Of a DNA stretch of 64,000 bases, positions 49,745 to 60,025 are shown in pieces. The DNA comes from Thermoplasmatota archaeon (GTDB lineage: Archaea; Thermoplasmatota; E2; JACPAO01; JAHFTW01). Position numbers and translations under genes: made by a program. The notes under the pieces were generated by a model. The model was not told the DNA's origin, did no database searches, and saw nothing but the letters and a program-made list of their open reading frames with translations. The DNA lies in NCBI GenBank assembly GCA_038046785.1, contig JBBSVM010000003.1, positions 74,073-138,072 on the forward strand, in the 5' to 3' direction. Numbering within the stretch: the first letter of the stretch is position 1; every line of letters begins with the position of its first letter.

Positions 49745-49758
49745 ACCGATATTTGAAG
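49745..49758. promoter_or_regulatory. shared AT-rich TATA element of a bidirectional leaderless promoter (aconitase on the minus strand, S15 peptidase on the plus strand)
   Basis: gatatttgaag lies ~25 nt from both the start at 49721 (-) and the start at 49776 (+). Confidence 0.5.
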
Positions 49759-49775
49759 CGGGCGGTGGGCCCCGA

Positions 49776-51644
49776 ATGACCCTGCCCACAACCCTTATCG
49801 CGGCGTCCTTGGACTGCCTGTCGATGCGCTCCCTTTCTGGGCTTCTCGCTGTTGCACTCCTCCTCGCCGGCTGTGCCAACACCAACGACGGAACCTCCGG
49901 CGACCGCCAAGGAGCCGCGGACAAGATTCTCACCTCGGCCTCCGTCACCTCATACCTGCACGACCTCTCCCCGGTCATCCCCGGCCTCTCGGTCGCGGCC
50001 GCCACGGTGGAGCAGTACCGCATCCAGGTCGCTGAAGGAATCACGCTGGACGCTTGGGTGGCCCGCCCCGCCGTCGCCGGTCCGGTTCCGCTCGTTCTCA
50101 CCGTGACCCCTTACTACGCAGGCGGCTCACCCGTGGCCGCGGATGGCACGCACAGCCTGGGCCGACTCGGCGACGAGTTGGTGGCGCGCGGCTACGCCGT
50201 CGGCGTCAGCAGCGTGCGCGGCACCGGCCTGTCGGATGGCTGTTTCACGCAGGGCGGAGCGCAGGAAGCGCTCGACACCACCACGGTCATCGAGTTTCTC
50301 GCATCGCAACCTTGGTCGAACGGCAACGTCGGCCTCATCGGCGTCTCCTACGACGGCACCACGCCGCAGGATGCCTGGGTCGCTGGCTCCCCGAGTCTCA
50401 AGACCGTGGTGCCCATCTCGGGAATCTCGGACCTCTACAAGTACAACTTCGTCAACGGTGTGCCCATCAATGTCCAAGGGTTCGGGTTCAACACCTACTA
50501 CTGGGTTCTCACCGGAGCAGTTCCCTTCCCGCTCGGCGGCGTCCCGACGGACCCGGCAAGCGTTCCCGGTGCCGTCGTCGGCGAAGCGTGCACGGAGCAG
50601 GCAGAGGTGCAGGAGGGCGGCGTCAGCAGCACGATGGATGGGAACAAGGACGCCTACTGGATGGAGCGCGACTTCCTCGCCGAACTTGCGTCCGAGCCGG
50701 ATGCTGAACGCGCTTCGGTCTTCTACGTGCACGGCCTGCAGGACTGGAACGTCAAGGACCACAACATGGAGGACTGGCTCACGGCGATCCAGGCCACCGG
50801 CGTTCCCTTCAAGGCGTGGCTTGGACAGTGGGGCCACGCCTGGCCGCAATCCACGGGGACGACAGCAACCTGTGAGGTCGGCAGCGACGGCGTGGGCGGC
50901 TCCTGCCGCAACGACTGGTGGGAGCTGACCCTCATCGCCTGGTTCGACCAGTTCCTCAAGGGCATCAACACCGGCGTCCTCGATGCGCCCGCGGTCCAGG
51001 TCCAGGACGACGATGGCGTCTGGCGCCACGAGGCCGTCTGGCCCCCGACCGACGTGACCTGGCGCACCTTCCATCTCGACCAGCCTGGAGCGCTCGGCGA
51101 CGCGCCCGGCTCCGGAACCGCGAGCTACTTCGACGCCTACGGCGCCCTGCTGGAAACGAACGCGGGCCTTGCCTTCCCCACCGACACGCCCACGCAGGTC
51201 GCCTTCGTCTCGCAGCCCCTCGAAGCGGACACGCAGGTGAGCGGCCTGCCGCGCTTCGTCGGCAACGTCACCGCGAGCGGCGACCGCAGCAGCCTCGTCC
51301 TTACCCTCGCCGAACGGTTCGCTGACGGCACGGAACGCAGCTTCAACTTCGCAGCCTTGAGCCTCAACCACGTCGAAGGACTGAACGCGGCGCGCACGGA
51401 CATTGCCGGTGTCCGCCAGGAGATTACGCTGGATTTCTTCCCCGCCGACGATGTGCTCCACTCCGGCTCCCGCATCGTCCTCTACGCGGCCGGCAACACG
51501 ATTGGCAGCGACTACGGCGGGGGCCCAAGCCTCCAGCCCATCACCGACGGCTCGACGCTGACCCTCGACCTGGAAGGTGCGCGCTTGCTTCTGCCTGTGG
51601 ACTTGGACCTCATCTTCGAGACACCGCAGCCGTACGACGCGTGA
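49776..51644 (+). CDS. exported alpha/beta-hydrolase of the X-Pro dipeptidyl-peptidase S15 / CocE-NonD family (lipoprotein)
   Basis: Start MTLPTT...LLAVALLLAGCANT, within the listed 48312–51644 ORF whose 5' part is antisense to aconitase. Nucleophile elbow GVSYDG. TATA-like gatatttgaag ~25 nt upstream. Confidence 0.75.
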   Translation: MTLPTTLIAASLDCLSMRSLSGLLAVALLLAGCANTNDGTSGDRQGAADKILTSASVTSYLHDLSPVIPGLSVAAATVEQYRIQVAEGITLDAWVARPAVAGPVPLVLTVTPYYAGGSPVAADGTHSLGRLGDELVARGYAVGVSSVRGTGLSDGCFTQGGAQEALDTTTVIEFLASQPWSNGNVGLIGVSYDGTTPQDAWVAGSPSLKTVVPISGISDLYKYNFVNGVPINVQGFGFNTYYWVLTGAVPFPLGGVPTDPASVPGAVVGEACTEQAEVQEGGVSSTMDGNKDAYWMERDFLAELASEPDAERASVFYVHGLQDWNVKDHNMEDWLTAIQATGVPFKAWLGQWGHAWPQSTGTTATCEVGSDGVGGSCRNDWWELTLIAWFDQFLKGINTGVLDAPAVQVQDDDGVWRHEAVWPPTDVTWRTFHLDQPGALGDAPGSGTASYFDAYGALLETNAGLAFPTDTPTQVAFVSQPLEADTQVSGLPRFVGNVTASGDRSSLVLTLAERFADGTERSFNFAALSLNHVEGLNAARTDIAGVRQEITLDFFPADDVLHSGSRIVLYAAGNTIGSDYGGGPSLQPITDGSTLTLDLEGARLLLPVDLDLIFETPQPYDA

Positions 51645-51647
51645 ACC

Positions 51648-52673
51648 ATGCGCTGGACCTTGCTCACCGCCCTGTTGCTGACTGGCTGCGTGGCCGCTCC
51701 ATTTGAGCCCACCTTTGCGGGCAACGACAGCGCGCCTGAGCCGGGCAGTTTTCTGCTCGACCCCATCGAGGAAGGTGTCTTCTCCGTCGATACGGAAGGC
51801 CGGCTTGAACGCCTAACCAGCGGCTCGGGCGTCACGGTCGAGGCGGGCCGCGTCACCATTGACCTGCTCTCCAACATGGGAGAGAATAGCATCCCGCTCA
51901 TCCTCGTGCAGTCGCTCACGGCCGGACGGTACACATACAAAGCGGCCAAGCAACTCGAATTCGCAGGAGGCTCCGGGGAAGGCAACCCGAACAGAGGCGA
52001 CTGTGTGACGAACGCCCATCTGACTGCGCAAGGCGCCCATTTCTACGTCGACCGCTTGCGCGGCCTCGACCCCGCGCCGCCGCGCTGGATGTCGGGCGGC
52101 GGCGGAATGTCCGCGGGCACAAGTTTCCCGGCTCTGCCCGTTGACGGCGACGGCGGCGGTGCAGGGGGGAGTGGCAGCGGCAGCGGGACCTTGGATGCCG
52201 GGGATTGGTTCGTCTCGATGCGGGGCAGCTCCCAGGTGACCGTCGCGGAATTGCTGGCGCCCGGCAACGTCTGGACCCTTACCTATGAACTTCCCGGCGC
52301 ATCGCGCATCCTCCTTCTTCCTCCCGCGCAGCTCTACTGCTATTGGGGGTTCACCGAGCTCGACGGCGTGCAAGTGGACGCCGCCGACACCGCGACGGGC
52401 GGTTCGATGCGCCTCGATGGCACCTACGGATCCACAGTGACTCTGCATGAAGCTCCCTCCACGAGTCTCGGCTGTTTGACACCGCTGGTGACGGGCGGCT
52501 ACGATGGGCGACTCACCGTGGGGGAACGCAACTGGGACCTCGACGGATTGACGCGTGTCAGCAATGCAACCATCGAACGGCTTGCGGTGGAGTTGACCAT
52601 CACGTCATGGCCCTGTCAGTCGGTGCAAGTTTTCTGGGGCGCTGGCGTCTACTCGCCCTTCTCCTTCGCCTGA
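51648..52673 (+). CDS. hypothetical exported lipoprotein with a Gly-rich linker
   Basis: MRWTLLTALLLTGCVAAP...DGDGGGAGGSGSGSGT. Confidence 0.55.
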   Translation: MRWTLLTALLLTGCVAAPFEPTFAGNDSAPEPGSFLLDPIEEGVFSVDTEGRLERLTSGSGVTVEAGRVTIDLLSNMGENSIPLILVQSLTAGRYTYKAAKQLEFAGGSGEGNPNRGDCVTNAHLTAQGAHFYVDRLRGLDPAPPRWMSGGGGMSAGTSFPALPVDGDGGGAGGSGSGSGTLDAGDWFVSMRGSSQVTVAELLAPGNVWTLTYELPGASRILLLPPAQLYCYWGFTELDGVQVDAADTATGGSMRLDGTYGSTVTLHEAPSTSLGCLTPLVTGGYDGRLTVGERNWDLDGLTRVSNATIERLAVELTITSWPCQSVQVFWGAGVYSPFSFA

Positions 52674-52780
52674 CCTCGTGCTGGCGGTTGCCGCGACCGG
52701 CATGCTCTTGCACCCTACCCCAAGCGACACCGCCCCCGGCCGCGTCGTTAAGTAGGATGGCGCCCAGAGTTTAGTCAACC

Positions 52781-53830
52781 ATGATTTCTTCTCGCTTCGC
52801 GGTGGCTCTTCTGGTGGGCGTTCTGGTGGCCGGCGCAGTGGCCATCAACCGCCTTCAGGATCGCCCCGAACGAGGCCCCGGCCTTGGGGGCGAGCTCCCC
52901 CGCAGCCCCGACAGTCGTCCAAACAGCAGCGCCGAGCCCGCGATTCTGCCGTTCGGTCTCGACGCATCGGGAGCCCTCGCCTTGCCAGAGGACGCGCGAC
53001 CGGACTATGGCACATTCTGGATTGGACCGTGGACGCTGCAATGGGGTTGGAAAGACCCAGACGAGCAGTTGGCCCGCTTGCGCGCCGCCAACGTGACGCC
53101 CGCCGTCCACCTCTACTATTGGGGCGATGGCATCCGGCCCGCCTGCTTCGACGTTGGGTGCGACGGCAAGGACACGGCCATGTGGCGTCAGCTTGCCCAG
53201 CAGACCGCCGAGCATCTTGCGGGCGGCCCTGCCGTCGTCTTCTTGGAGACCGAGTTCAACAAGGCGGACGTCGCAATGCATGAGCCGCTCGATGGCCACC
53301 TCGCCGACATCGCCACCATCCTCCAAGCCAACCCGGACCTCACCGTCGTCCTGTCGTTTGGCAACTGGTACCCAACCGCGTGGCCGACTTGGGACCGCGC
53401 GGCCGCGGCAAGCGACGCGGTCGGTCTGCAGGCCATCTCCGGTCTCACGCGCAACGACGCAAACCATGCCGCTTCCCTGGCGACCTCCGCCGTGGAAGGC
53501 GCCCGGACGCTGAACGGGCTGTTTGGCAAGCCGGTCTGGCTCGACGATGTTGCCGTTTCGTCTTGGCCGGAGCCGGAGGGGCTGGATGTGCAGAAGACCG
53601 CCCTCGATGGGTTCGCCCAGAGCCTTGAGGACCTGCGCGCGGCTGGCGTCCAGGCCATCATCTACCGCACGCTGTACGACACGCCGGCAATGGATGGTTA
53701 CTATGGCGAGGCGGAGCGTCACTTTGGTCTCGCCTGGGCCGACGGCGGCCTCAAGCCGGGCGGTGCGGCGCTGCTTTCTGCGCTGCATCCCGAGGCAACG
53801 CAAGCTACGCAAGGAGCTGCTTCGCAATGA
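52781..53830 (+). CDS. membrane-anchored putative TIM-barrel glycoside-hydrolase-like protein (tentative)
   Basis: N-terminal TM anchor. [11 protein letters not shown] and W/Y-rich motifs suggest a GH-like barrel. No confident family assignment. Confidence 0.4.
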   Translation: MISSRFAVALLVGVLVAGAVAINRLQDRPERGPGLGGELPRSPDSRPNSSAEPAILPFGLDASGALALPEDARPDYGTFWIGPWTLQWGWKDPDEQLARLRAANVTPAVHLYYWGDGIRPACFDVGCDGKDTAMWRQLAQQTAEHLAGGPAVVFLETEFNKADVAMHEPLDGHLADIATILQANPDLTVVLSFGNWYPTAWPTWDRAAAASDAVGLQAISGLTRNDANHAASLATSAVEGARTLNGLFGKPVWLDDVAVSSWPEPEGLDVQKTALDGFAQSLEDLRAAGVQAIIYRTLYDTPAMDGYYGEAERHFGLAWADGGLKPGGAALLSALHPEATQATQGAASQ

Positions 53831-54956
53831 CAAGCCGCTGGATTTCGCTCGTCCCCTCGTAAATCTCGGTGACCTTCGCATCGCGCATGAGCCGCTCGAC
53901 GACGTAGTCGGTGGTGTAGCCGTTGCCGCCATGCACCTGGACCGCCTGGTTCGTCACCCAAGTCGCCGTCTCGCTGGCATAGAGTTTGGCGCGCGAGCCC
54001 ATCTCGGGGGTAAGCGTGCCTGCATCGGCCGCCGCGGCCGCCTTGAGGACCAGAAGACGGGCCGCCTCGATGCGCACATCCATGTCGGCGAGCTTCCACT
54101 GGATGGCCTGGTTGGCGGCGATGGGTTTGCCGAACTGCTTGCGCTCGGCGGCATATTTTCGCGCCTCGTCGAAGCCGCGTGTTGCGATGCCGACCGCTTG
54201 CGCCCCGATGCTGATGCGGCTCGCGTTGAGGGTCGCCATGAGCGCCTTGAACCCCTCACCGGGCTTGCCCAACATGTTCTCCTTTGGGACCATCAAGTCG
54301 GTGAAGCTGAGGCGGGCAGTGTCGGATGCGCAGAGGCCAAGCTTGTGCTCCGCGCCATCCTTGTTGAATCCCTTCCAGGCGGCCTCGACGGCGAACAGGC
54401 TGATGCCGCGGTGGCCCGCGGTGGCGCCATGGTTGGGCTCGGTGCGGGCGGCGACAATGGCGGAACCGGCGTGGTTGCCGTTCGTGATGAACACTTTCGA
54501 GCCGTTGAGCCGATAGTGGTCCCCTTCCTTCGTGCCGGTCGTGGCCAGGGCTGCGACGTCGGAGCCGGCGCTCGGCTCGGTGAGGGCAAAGCAGCCCAGC
54601 CATTCCCCGGAAGCAAGTTTGGGAAGGAAACGCTCCTTCACGGCGTCGGTGCCGAACTCGACGATGGGGCTGGCGGCGACGCTGGTGTGCACTGCAACGG
54701 TGACCGATGTACTCGCGCAGGCCCACGCCAGCTCCTCGAGCATGAGGTTGTAGGCCACCTTGGAGAGCGGCGCACCGCCGTACGCTTCCGGAATGGTGGG
54801 GCCCAGCATGCCAAGCGCCGCCAGGTCGCGCAGGTTCTCGGCGGGGAAAGCGCCCGACTTGTCGAGCTTGCCGGCACGCTCTGCGATGGGGCCGCGCGCC
54901 AGCTCACGCACCGTCTTCTGGATCAGGCTCTCTTCCGGGCTGAGGCCGAACTCCAC
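53805..54956 (-). CDS. acyl-CoA dehydrogenase
   Basis: 383 aa; [12 protein letters not shown] and [13 protein letters not shown] motifs. Confidence 0.9.
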   Translation of the reverse strand: MEFGLSPEESLIQKTVRELARGPIAERAGKLDKSGAFPAENLRDLAALGMLGPTIPEAYGGAPLSKVAYNLMLEELAWACASTSVTVAVHTSVAASPIVEFGTDAVKERFLPKLASGEWLGCFALTEPSAGSDVAALATTGTKEGDHYRLNGSKVFITNGNHAGSAIVAARTEPNHGATAGHRGISLFAVEAAWKGFNKDGAEHKLGLCASDTARLSFTDLMVPKENMLGKPGEGFKALMATLNASRISIGAQAVGIATRGFDEARKYAAERKQFGKPIAANQAIQWKLADMDVRIEAARLLVLKAAAAADAGTLTPEMGSRAKLYASETATWVTNQAVQVHGGNGYTTDYVVERLMRDAKVTEIYEGTSEIQRLVIAKQLLA

Positions 54957-55696
54957 GCCGGTGCGACCCGGCGGCGCCTCTTGGCCGTTTGCCCCATCCC
55001 CTCCGTCTTGCGGTGCGCCTCCAACAAGGGAGCAAGCCCGCCCAGGATGCGGTTCTCGGCGCCGCGCAGGCGTTCCTCAAACGCGCTGCGGCCAATCCCC
55101 ATCGTCGCCGCCACATCCGCCGTCGTCGCCTGCCGTGGGGCGTTGTAGTAACCAGCACTTGCTGCGGCCTGGAGCGCTTCCGCCTGCTTGTCCGTGGGAG
55201 CATCGAGGGTGTGCGCCATCGACAGGAACAGCGATGCGAGGACGGTTTGCGGCTCCACGGTGCGGCGCCGCGTCACTTGGGTGGGCCAGCGCCGCGCCAA
55301 CTCGTCGAGCGCTGCCTGCTCCGGATGCGGTCCGCGGCCAGCTGGCCCAAACGCGACCGCGTCGTACGACTCCCACCCCGCCTTCACGCGCACCGGCTGC
55401 ATCCAGATGAAACGGTGCGCCTCAAGAGTGCGGCTCAGACTTCGCTCCGCCTCGACGTGCGGCTCCCAGACGATGACGCCGCCGCCGCGCAGACGCAGCA
55501 GACGAAGCGGCTTGAGGAGCCGGATGGCGGCCGCCTCGAATCCCGCCCACGCTGTGTCGGGAACCCGCACCTCGACCACCTCCAGCGTGTGGCCGCTCCA
55601 GCATTGCAATTCTGCCTGGGGCACGGCGCGGCTCAGACGAGCCAGAGGGCAGTCATGCTCGATGCGCACCGTGACCTGTCGAAGGGGGCCGTCCAT
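54923..55696 (-). CDS. transcriptional regulator with a C-terminal HTH_10 (bacterio-opsin-activator-type) DNA-binding domain
   Basis: [51 protein letters not shown]. Its stop overlaps the acyl-CoA dehydrogenase start. Confidence 0.6.
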   Translation of the reverse strand: MDGPLRQVTVRIEHDCPLARLSRAVPQAELQCWSGHTLEVVEVRVPDTAWAGFEAAAIRLLKPLRLLRLRGGGVIVWEPHVEAERSLSRTLEAHRFIWMQPVRVKAGWESYDAVAFGPAGRGPHPEQAALDELARRWPTQVTRRRTVEPQTVLASLFLSMAHTLDAPTDKQAEALQAAASAGYYNAPRQATTADVAATMGIGRSAFEERLRGAENRILGGLAPLLEAHRKTEGMGQTAKRRRRVAPAWSSASARKRA

Positions 55697-55749
55697 GGAC
55701 GGGCAATTGCGGGTGGGATTTTGCGCTTTCCTTGCGCGGGACGGGACGC

Positions 55750-56550
55750 TTACCTGCCAGCGAACGCCGGCTTGCGCTTCGCCAGAAACGCCGCCATGCC
55801 CTCTTTCTGGTCGGCAGTGCGGAACCCCGCGCCAAACGCCTCCGCCTCCAACTCCAGAGCAGATGCAAGGTCCAGGTCGAGACCCTCATCCACGAGCCGC
55901 TTCACGGACGCGACGGCCAGTGGGCCGTTGACAAGAGCAGCCTCCGCAATCTTGCGCGCCTCAGCAAGCAACGTGTCGTGCGGCACCACTTTGTCCACGA
56001 TGCCAAGCCGCAGCGCTTCGTCCGCCTTCACGGAATCACCCGTCATGAGAAGCCATTTCGCCACACCGGGGCCGGTGCGGCGCGGCAGCCGCTGCGAGCC
56101 GCCGAAGCCTGGCACGACGCCAAGCTTCACCTCGGGTTGGCCGACGACCGCTTTCTCGGAGGCAACGAGGATGTCGCACGCCATGGCGAGTTCGAGGCCG
56201 CCGCCCAGCGCGTAGCCGTTGATGGCGGCGATGACCGGGCCGGGAAAGTCGGCAAAAACTTGCAGAGCATCTTGGCCGGCGAGGCTGAACTCGCGTGCTT
56301 CGTCGGCGCCGAGGTCTTTCATGGCAGAAATGTCGGCGCCGGCGACGAACGCTTTGCCAGCGCCGGTGACGATGATGGCCTTTGCCTTGCCGTGGAGTCC
56401 TGTCACAGTTTCGTGCAAGACGTCCAGGACGTCGGCATTGAGGGCGTTGAGCGCCTCAGGTCGGTTGATGGTAAGGGTGGCAATTCCGTTGTCGATTTGG
56501 GAAAGAAGGCTTGTCATCGATTGCCGAAGTCTTTGCTGGGCTTGAACCAT
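55750..56550 (-). CDS. enoyl-CoA hydratase (crotonase family)
   Basis: IVTGAGKAFVAGADI...GYALGGGLELAMACD. Confidence 0.9.
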   Translation of the reverse strand: MVQAQQRLRQSMTSLLSQIDNGIATLTINRPEALNALNADVLDVLHETVTGLHGKAKAIIVTGAGKAFVAGADISAMKDLGADEAREFSLAGQDALQVFADFPGPVIAAINGYALGGGLELAMACDILVASEKAVVGQPEVKLGVVPGFGGSQRLPRRTGPGVAKWLLMTGDSVKADEALRLGIVDKVVPHDTLLAEARKIAEAALVNGPLAVASVKRLVDEGLDLDLASALELEAEAFGAGFRTADQKEGMAAFLAKRKPAFAGR

Positions 56551-56608
56551 CCGTCGAAGCCAACCGCTGGCCCAGTCCCGTCTTCAAAGTCCGGCCCATA
56601 CACGCCCC

Positions 56609-57034
56609 ATGGCCTATCCGCCGATTACGCCGATTTCGCCGAACGAACCGGACCGTCAAACGTACGCCATCATCGGTGCGGCGCTGGAAGTCCATCGGAC
56701 GCTTGGAAGCGGATTCTTAGAACGAGTGTACCAGCAAGCCTTGGCTCGGGAGTTCGCCCTGCGCGGCATTCCGTTTGAGCGCGAAGTGGAGTTGCCCATC
56801 CCATACAAGGGCGAGCCGCTTGATTGCCTCTACAAAATTGACTTCTTGTGCTATGGTGAGGTCCTGGTTGAACTGAAGGCACTCTCTTCGACGGGTGGCG
56901 TAGAAGAAGCCCAGGTTCTCAACTACCTGAAGGCCAGCCGATTGGACGTGGCTCTTTTGTTGAATTTTGGGGCTGAATCGCTGCGAACCCGCCGGTTTGC
57001 AATGTCTCGGAACGCTTCGGCGCAATCGGCGTAA
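56609..57034 (+). CDS. GxxExxY-family protein (PD-(D/E)XK-like) in a lower-GC (~57%) segment
   Basis: AIIGAALEVHRTLGSGFLERVYQQALAREFALRGIPFEREVELPIPYKG...LVELKAL...VLNYLKASRLDVALLLNFG. Confidence 0.7.
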   Translation: MAYPPITPISPNEPDRQTYAIIGAALEVHRTLGSGFLERVYQQALAREFALRGIPFEREVELPIPYKGEPLDCLYKIDFLCYGEVLVELKALSSTGGVEEAQVLNYLKASRLDVALLLNFGAESLRTRRFAMSRNASAQSA

Positions 57035-57045
57035 TCGGCGGATCG

Positions 57046-57540
57046 TTAGGCAGCGGCAGGCTCGATTTCCACCATCACCGTGGTCGCCTCGACGTTCATG
57101 CCATCAGAGACATGGACCTTGACGACCTTCCCCGCCATCGGCGCCTTGAGGTCGTTTTGCATTTTCATCGCCTCAAGGACGAGGAGGATGTCGCCCGCCG
57201 CGACGATCTGACCTTCTTTCACCTTGACTTCGACAACTTTGCCTGGCATCGGGGGTTTGATGCGGCCATCCTGCTTGCGGCCGCCGGCGCGGCTGCGCGC
57301 CAATTCGGGACGGGCGCGGCGCACCTCGAGGTCGAGCGCGCGCGGGCCTTCGGAGACGACGCCGTTGCGGATGGTGAACTCGAACGTCTTGCCGCCGATG
57401 GTCACCTTGGTATGGCCCTTGCCAAGCGTCTGGACTTTGGGTTCGTAGCAGGTGTCGCCGATGCAGAACTTGGGCCCATCGGCGTGCTCCTCCATCGTGA
57501 CGAAGTGCTCGCGGCTGCCCAACTGGAAGCTGTAGCGCAT
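57046..57540 (-). CDS. accB: biotin carboxyl carrier protein (biotinyl domain)
   Basis: EAMKMQNDL biotinyl-lysine motif. Confidence 0.85.
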   Translation of the reverse strand: MRYSFQLGSREHFVTMEEHADGPKFCIGDTCYEPKVQTLGKGHTKVTIGGKTFEFTIRNGVVSEGPRALDLEVRRARPELARSRAGGRKQDGRIKPPMPGKVVEVKVKEGQIVAAGDILLVLEAMKMQNDLKAPMAGKVVKVHVSDGMNVEATTVMVEIEPAAA

Positions 57541-59138
57541 TAGTTCATTCCCCCAGCGGCTTCGCGGCGACCTTTCTGGCCCCAGGCACTCAGGCGGCGG
57601 CGGCCGAACTGGTCCACACCGACATTCTTGGCGGCGGACTGCTGGAACTGGTAGGACTTCTGCACCATGGAGTCGATGCCGCCTGGTTCGTGGGCGAGCG
57701 CTGCGGCAAGAGCGGCGAGTTTGACTTTCGTCTCTTCGCTGGCGGCCTCTTCGACACCCATGAGCTTGTCGAGAATTTTGCGCTCGTCAAGGAAGCGCGT
57801 TGTCATCTCGCCTTTGCAGAACGCCTCGTCCTGGAAGATGACCTGGTGCAGTTCGCGGTTGGTGACGAGGTTGCCGAGATCGTATTCGGCAAGCGCGCGG
57901 CGCATCTTGCGAATCGCCTCGGGCCGGTCGGCGCCATAGCAAATGAGCTTGGCGACCATGGAATCGTAGCTGCTCGGGATGGTGAACCCAGAGTAGAGGT
58001 AGGTGTCCACGCGCACGCCGTTGCCGTTAGGCGGGATGTGGCGGCTGATGGTGCCGGGCGTTGGCATGAACTTGTTCTTCGGGTCCTCGGCGTTGATGCG
58101 GCACTCGATGGCCCAGCCGCGGCGGCGCGCATCGACCCATTTCTGGTCGTAGCCAAGCGGTTCGCCGGCCGCGATGCGGATCTGTTCGCGCACGAGGTCC
58201 ACGCCGTACACTTGCTCGGTGACCGGGTGCTCGACCTGGAGGCGTGTGTTGACTTCGTTGAAGTAGAGCTGGCCGCCGCCCGGGGCGTCGGTGTCGAAGA
58301 GGAACTCGGCGGTGCCCGCATTCCAGTAGCCGACTTCTTTGGCGAGCTTGCAGACGGCGGCTCCGACGCGGTCGCGTTCCGAGGCGGGCAGCGCCGGGCT
58401 GGGCGCCTCCTCGATGAGTTTCTGGTGGCGACGCTGCACGGAGCATTCGCGCTCGCCGTAGTGGACGACGTTGCCGTGTTGGTCGGCGAGGAACTGGAAC
58501 TCGATGTGGCGCGGGCGCTGGATGAATTTCTCGATGAACACCTCGCCGCGCCCGAAGGCCGACTTGGCTTGGCGCTGCGTCGCCGCGAGAGCAGTGGCGA
58601 GCTCGGCTTCCGAGTGGACCACCTGCATCCCCATGCCGCCGCCGCCGAAGGCCGCCTTGATGATGACTGGGTAGCCGGTGAGCTTGACGACTTCTTGCGC
58701 CTCGGCGAGTGTTGCGACGAACTCGTCCTTGCCGGGCACGACCGGGACGCCCGCCTTGCGCGCGGCCACCTTGCTGGCAACCTTGTCGCCGAGGATGTCG
58801 ATGGGCTTGGGGGGCGGGCCGATGAACTTGATGCCGGCCTTCGCGAGTGCCGTGGCGAACTCGCTGCGCTCAGAGAGGAAGCCGTAGCCCGGGTGGACGG
58901 CGTCGGCGCCCACTTTCTGTGCCAACTCGACGATGGCGGGGATGTTGAGGTAGTTGGATTGGCTCGACTCATTGCCAAGCAGGTACGCTTCGTCGGCGTA
59001 GCGAACGTGCGGCGCCTTGGCGTCTTGCGGGGAATAGATGGCGACGGTCTGGATGCCGAGTTCGCGGGCAGTGCGCATGACACGCAGAGCGATCTCGCCA
59101 CGATTGGCGACGAGGATTTTCTTGAAGAGCGGTTTCAT
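57540..59138 (-). CDS. accC: biotin carboxylase subunit of acetyl/propionyl-CoA carboxylase
   Basis: MKPLFKKILVANRGEIALRVMRTARELGI...; ATP-grasp domain. Confidence 0.95.
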   Translation of the reverse strand: MKPLFKKILVANRGEIALRVMRTARELGIQTVAIYSPQDAKAPHVRYADEAYLLGNESSQSNYLNIPAIVELAQKVGADAVHPGYGFLSERSEFATALAKAGIKFIGPPPKPIDILGDKVASKVAARKAGVPVVPGKDEFVATLAEAQEVVKLTGYPVIIKAAFGGGGMGMQVVHSEAELATALAATQRQAKSAFGRGEVFIEKFIQRPRHIEFQFLADQHGNVVHYGERECSVQRRHQKLIEEAPSPALPASERDRVGAAVCKLAKEVGYWNAGTAEFLFDTDAPGGGQLYFNEVNTRLQVEHPVTEQVYGVDLVREQIRIAAGEPLGYDQKWVDARRRGWAIECRINAEDPKNKFMPTPGTISRHIPPNGNGVRVDTYLYSGFTIPSSYDSMVAKLICYGADRPEAIRKMRRALAEYDLGNLVTNRELHQVIFQDEAFCKGEMTTRFLDERKILDKLMGVEEAASEETKVKLAALAAALAHEPGGIDSMVQKSYQFQQSAAKNVGVDQFGRRRLSAWGQKGRREAAGGMN

Positions 59139-60025
59139 GGCTTCACCAGATTGGACGGATTGGATTCAGATTGACCAGATGGGGGAAGGAACGCCGGCAC
59201 CGCGAGGACGACGAGGGCCGCCTTCAAGGCGTCGAAGGGCAGGAACACCGTCGAGCCGAGGGCCACGGCGCGCGTCCAGGAGATTCCAAGTGTCGGCGCA
59301 AGGACCAGGACGCCGAGCGCGTGGACCATGGCAGTGGCGCCGAGCAGGACAATGAAGAGGTCCAAGGCGGGACGGCCGCCAGCGCGACGCAGCAACGCCC
59401 AAGCCAGCAGCGGAGCGAGCACCAGGAACGCGCCGGCAAACAGCCACGCGGCGTCGGCGCCGGACTGGTAGGCGCCGCCCGAGTCGCCGTCGGCGAACGT
59501 TCCGCCCGAGGCGAGGAAGAAGGCGCCGCCGGCAACGGCGACGAGGATGATAGTGAGAAGCCAAGAGGCGCGGGTGGCGAAGCGCGCGCCCCTTCCTTCG
59601 TTGCGAGCGCGAATGTAGGAGCCGACGAAGAGTGCTGCGAGCGGGAAGCCGAAAAGGTAGCCGGCGGTGAAACCGGTCCCCGCTGCGGCGTCCGGAACAA
59701 GGACGCGCCAGCGCTCGGCGGCGAAGAGGGAGTCGGGGTTGAAGCTGTCCGCGCTGGGGGCGAAAACATGGAGGCCGAGCGCCCCGGCGCCGAGATAGAT
59801 GAGCATCGATAGGATGCCGTAACGCGGGCCGAGCATGATGCCTGTGAGGAGGAACCCGACAGGTTGGAAGGTGAGCGGCACCGGCGTCCAAGGCAGGGGG
59901 ATGCTCAGTTGGGCCAGGAGGGCAGTGAGGCCGGCGAACCCGAAGGCGGCGCCAACTTTGGCAAGCCACGACGACTCCAGCGCCTGCGCGTAGAGGCGGG
60001 CCCGTGCGGTGCGGTACGCGCTCAA
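59135..60025 (-). CDS. bioY: BioY-family biotin transporter (ECF S-component)
   Basis: AQLSIPLPWTPVPLTFQPVGFLLTGIMLGPRYGILSMLIYLGAGALGLHVFA...TAGYLFGFPLAA. ATGA overlaps on both sides. Confidence 0.8.
   Translation of the reverse strand: MSAYRTARARLYAQALESSWLAKVGAAFGFAGLTALLAQLSIPLPWTPVPLTFQPVGFLLTGIMLGPRYGILSMLIYLGAGALGLHVFAPSADSFNPDSLFAAERWRVLVPDAAAGTGFTAGYLFGFPLAALFVGSYIRARNEGRGARFATRASWLLTIILVAVAGGAFFLASGGTFADGDSGGAYQSGADAAWLFAGAFLVLAPLLAWALLRRAGGRPALDLFIVLLGATAMVHALGVLVLAPTLGISWTRAVALGSTVFLPFDALKAALVVLAVPAFLPPSGQSESNPSNLVKP

Noticed and set aside
48312-49775. first 488 aa of the listed ORF 48312–51644
   Set aside because: Antisense to aconitase. The real peptidase gene begins at the signal peptide MTLPTT... 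(49776).
53523-56778. plus-strand ORFs 53523–55148 and 55732–56778, and ORFs 57690–59174, 60004–61611, 61693–63144
   Set aside because: Antisense to acyl-CoA dehydrogenase / HTH regulator, enoyl-CoA hydratase, accC and the PKS-like gene. No motifs.
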